A DNA stretch of 10,076 bases from positions 1 through 10,076 of the forward strand of contig JAEOTQ010000232.1 of the NCBI GenBank assembly GCA_016839785.1, given 5' to 3'. This document shows, in pieces, positions 7,801-10,076 of this stretch. The DNA is from Candidatus Hodarchaeota archaeon. Lineage in GTDB: Archaea; Asgardarchaeota; Heimdallarchaeia; Hodarchaeales; Hodarchaeaceae. The notes under the pieces were generated by a model, which was not told where the DNA came from, did not search any database, and worked only from the letters and a program-made list of their open reading frames with translations. Both the position numbers and the translations under genes were made by a program. Position 1 is the first letter of the stretch; every line of letters begins with the position of its first letter.

Positions 7801-7946
7801 AGATCTGGAGTTATTTTCAAGTTAAAATCGAATGTAAGTGAATACAGTTTGTTCTCCACCTCTATAATGAATCAAATATATTTTCTTTTTGTGAATATAG
7901 GAAAATTATGACCGATTATCCCAAAATAAGAACATAAAACAATTAT

Positions 7947-7994
7947 AGTGTATTTATTCACATTCGATAAATATATATACTAGATGTGAATAAA
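7947..7994 (+). promoter_or_regulatory. hsp20-cdc48 promoter: BRE/TATA box bracketed by an 11-bp perfect inverted repeat (candidate operator)
   Basis: TTTATTCACAT (7953-7963) and ATGTGAATAAA (7984-7994) are exact reverse complements. The 20-bp spacer contains purine-rich GATAA followed by ATATATATA (7971-7979). Confidence 0.6.
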
Positions 7995-8053
7995 ATAATT
8001 TAAACAATAAAGTGATTTTCTATAACAAATCACCTTCTAAAGGAAGAATTAAT

Positions 8054-8482
8054 ATGAATAATAACTACGATGAACGAAAAGATAAAGATTTCCACGTATC
8101 ATGTGGATTTGATCCCTTTAAAATCTTTGTACAAGGCTTTCCTGGTAGGAGGCATCCATTTCTCCATAAAGCACGAGGATATAGTAATTATGGTTATGGT
8201 GGAAGAGCAGAAATCGAGAAAGACGATGACGCATACACGATTACTTTCGAAGTGCCAGGAGTTTCCAAGGAGGATATCCAATTAGAAGTTACTCCTGATG
8301 GTCTATGGTTAAACGCGAAGAATGTTGAACTAAAGAAGGAATATAAGAACCATTTCCACTTTAGAGAACCAATTGATCCTGAAAAAGTTAATGCTCGCCT
8401 TAAAGCGGGAATTCTTATGGTTACTGCATCTTTTGCAAATAAAAAACCGAAGACTAAAGTCAATATTGAACAAAATGAATAA
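8054..8482 (+). CDS. hsp20: Small heat-shock protein (Hsp20/alpha-crystallin family)
   Basis: Alpha-crystallin motifs Y.ITFEVPGVSKEDI.L.V and P.DPEKV.A.LK.GIL.VT, N-terminal FDPF motif, C-terminal IxI-type VNI. The ORF track starts at GTG 8012. ATG 8054 follows AGGAAG and is more likely. Confidence 0.92.
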   Translation: MNNNYDERKDKDFHVSCGFDPFKIFVQGFPGRRHPFLHKARGYSNYGYGGRAEIEKDDDAYTITFEVPGVSKEDIQLEVTPDGLWLNAKNVELKKEYKNHFHFREPIDPEKVNARLKAGILMVTASFANKKPKTKVNIEQNE

Positions 8483-8515
8483 AGAGACTGATCTGTTACA
8501 GAGGTGTGAAAAGTA

Positions 8516-10076
8516 ATGACAGATATTGAAGTAATGGTAAAAGAAGCAGTCCCTCGTGATGTGGGTAGGGGGATTATAAGACTTGACCCACAACTTGCTA
8601 AAAAATTAGATATTAGTGCTGGTCAAGCCCTTCAAATCATCGGTAGACGACGAACTGCGGCAATTTACTGGCCTGGTTATGCAAATGACAGAGGAACAGG
8701 ATTTGCTCGTTTGGATGGTAGTACCAGAAGGAATGCAGATGTCGGACTAGATGATAAAGTCGAATTAAAGATTATTGAACCCAAACCTGGATCAAAGATC
8801 GAATTTGCCCCTGTTCAAAACTTACGAATCCAAGGTGGTGAAAATCATCTTAAACACATTTTGCTAGGACGAGTCTTAACGCAAGGAGATTTCATACAAA
8901 TTCCAGTCTATAACCAACGAATTGTTTTAGTTGTCTCCAAAATTAGCCCACAGGGAGATGCTGTAATAATGGAGGATCAGACTGCGATATCGATATCCCA
9001 AAGTCCTGTTAAGAATGTGAAACAAGAAACCTTTGATAGAATTCGATATGAAGATATTGGAGGATTAACAGACGAGATTCAAAAAGTTAGGGAAATGATT
9101 GAGCTTCCTATGAAGCATCCAGAGTTATTCAAACGTCTGGGAATTACCCCACCCCGTGGGGTGTTACTTCATGGCCCTCCTGGAACAGGAAAAACGTTGC
9201 TTGCCAAAGCAGTTGCAACTGAAACAGATTCTCATTTTATCTCTGTTTCTGGACCTGAATTTATGTCCAAGTTTTATGGGGAAAGTGAGAAAAGAATTCG
9301 TGAAATATTTGATGATGCAAAACAGAACTCTCCGAGTATCATATTCATAGATGAAATTGATTCTATTGCACCAAAACGTTCAGAAGTAATGGGAGAAGTT
9401 GAAAGACGAGTTGTAGCGACATTACTATCCAATATGGATGGTTTAAGTCAAAGGGGAGATGTAGTCGTAATTGGAGCCACTAACCGTGTAAATTCTTTAG
9501 ATCCTGCCCTCCGGAGAGGCGGAAGATTTGATCGTGAGATTGAGATTGGGATTCCAAATAAGAATGGTCGAGAAGAAATTTTGCTAATTCATTCCAGAGG
9601 TATGCCGCTCGGTGAAGATGTCGATTTAACTCATCTGGCAGAAGTTACTCACGGATTTGTGGGTGCAGATCTCGAACAATTTACGAAAGAGGCTGCTATG
9701 GGTTCTCTTCGGAAGATCCTCCCTCAAATCAACCTTGAAGAGGATACAATCCCTGCTAACGTGTTAAACGAACTGAGAGTTACACAAGACGATTTTGATG
9801 ACGCATTGTTAGATATTCATCCCTCTGCACTACGTGAAGTATTCGTTGAAGTCCCAAATGTAAGTTGGAGCGATGTTGGAGGACTTTCAAGAGAGAAAAG
9901 AGAGATTCAGCACAGCATCGAGTTACCATTAAAACACTCAAAATTCTTTTCTCATATGGGAGCTAGTCAACCTAAAGGGATTCTTCTATATGGACCTCCT
10001 GGTACAGGAAAGACATTACTTGCCAAGGCAGTAGCCCATGAAACTCAAGCAAATTTTATAAGTATCAAAGGCCCAG
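8516..10076 (+). CDS. cdc48: CDC48/VCP (VAT) family AAA+ ATPase, partial (runs off the right edge)
   Basis: Not in the ORF track. SD GAGGTG at 8501-8506, ATG 8516. N-domain [25 protein letters not shown]...RRNADV. D1: [17 protein letters not shown], Walker A GPPGTGKT (9173-9196), pore loop SKFYGESE, Walker [26 protein letters not shown]. Linker [23 protein letters not shown]2 Walker A GPPGTGKT (9992-10015) in the same frame. Confidence 0.97.
   Translation, partial: MTDIEVMVKEAVPRDVGRGIIRLDPQLAKKLDISAGQALQIIGRRRTAAIYWPGYANDRGTGFARLDGSTRRNADVGLDDKVELKIIEPKPGSKIEFAPVQNLRIQGGENHLKHILLGRVLTQGDFIQIPVYNQRIVLVVSKISPQGDAVIMEDQTAISISQSPVKNVKQETFDRIRYEDIGGLTDEIQKVREMIELPMKHPELFKRLGITPPRGVLLHGPPGTGKTLLAKAVATETDSHFISVSGPEFMSKFYGESEKRIREIFDDAKQNSPSIIFIDEIDSIAPKRSEVMGEVERRVVATLLSNMDGLSQRGDVVVIGATNRVNSLDPALRRGGRFDREIEIGIPNKNGREEILLIHSRGMPLGEDVDLTHLAEVTHGFVGADLEQFTKEAAMGSLRKILPQINLEEDTIPANVLNELRVTQDDFDDALLDIHPSALREVFVEVPNVSWSDVGGLSREKREIQHSIELPLKHSKFFSHMGASQPKGILLYGPPGTGKTLLAKAVAHETQANFISIKGP

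Noticed and set aside
7723-7992. Degenerate CRISPR array interpretation of the ~55-bp periodic motif
   Set aside because: The conserved unit is only 7 bp rather than 24-47 bp, and there are no cas genes in the window.
8070-8593. ORFs 8070-8285, 8099-8281, 8194-8463 and 8330-8593
   Set aside because: Alternative-frame or antisense overlaps of hsp20 and the cdc48 start.
9156-9350. 64-aa + strand ORF
   Set aside because: Out-of-frame ORF inside cdc48, whose reading frame is continuous.
9158-10035. Similar nucleotide stretches near 9158-9215 and 9977-10035
   Set aside because: Explained by the two homologous AAA domains (D1 and D2 Walker A regions) of CDC48.
2215-10076. A single proteostasis or translation quality-control island (drg, CsaA-like, hsp20, cdc48)
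   Set aside because: The genes alternate in orientation and are separated by unrelated enzymes and a transporter. Only hsp20-cdc48 shows operon-like spacing.

Overview
AT-rich archaeal DNA. The gene set (geranylgeranyl reductase, DRG GTPase, hsp20-cdc48 pair, TATA-type promoters) is archaeal, and an Asgard-type origin is plausible but only inferred. In order: 3' end of a probable membrane protein (+), geranylgeranyl reductase family flavoprotein (-), small Cys-rich B-box-like zinc-finger protein (-), DRG/Rbg1 GTPase (+), stand-alone CsaA/Trbp111-like tRNA-binding protein (-), MBL-fold hydrolase (+), tandem GNAT acetyltransferase (-), DASS/SLC13 transporter with an unusual ~120-aa sequon-rich loop insertion (+), then Hsp20 and a CDC48/VCP AAA ATPase that runs off the right edge and is missing from the ORF track (+). 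I see no RNA genes, CRISPR array or mobile element, and no clearly new multi-gene system. The most interesting signals are the GTGAATA motif cluster around the hsp20-cdc48 promoter, the extra domain in the transporter, the B-box/LITAF-like mini-protein and Pho-box-like direct repeats upstream of the reductase.
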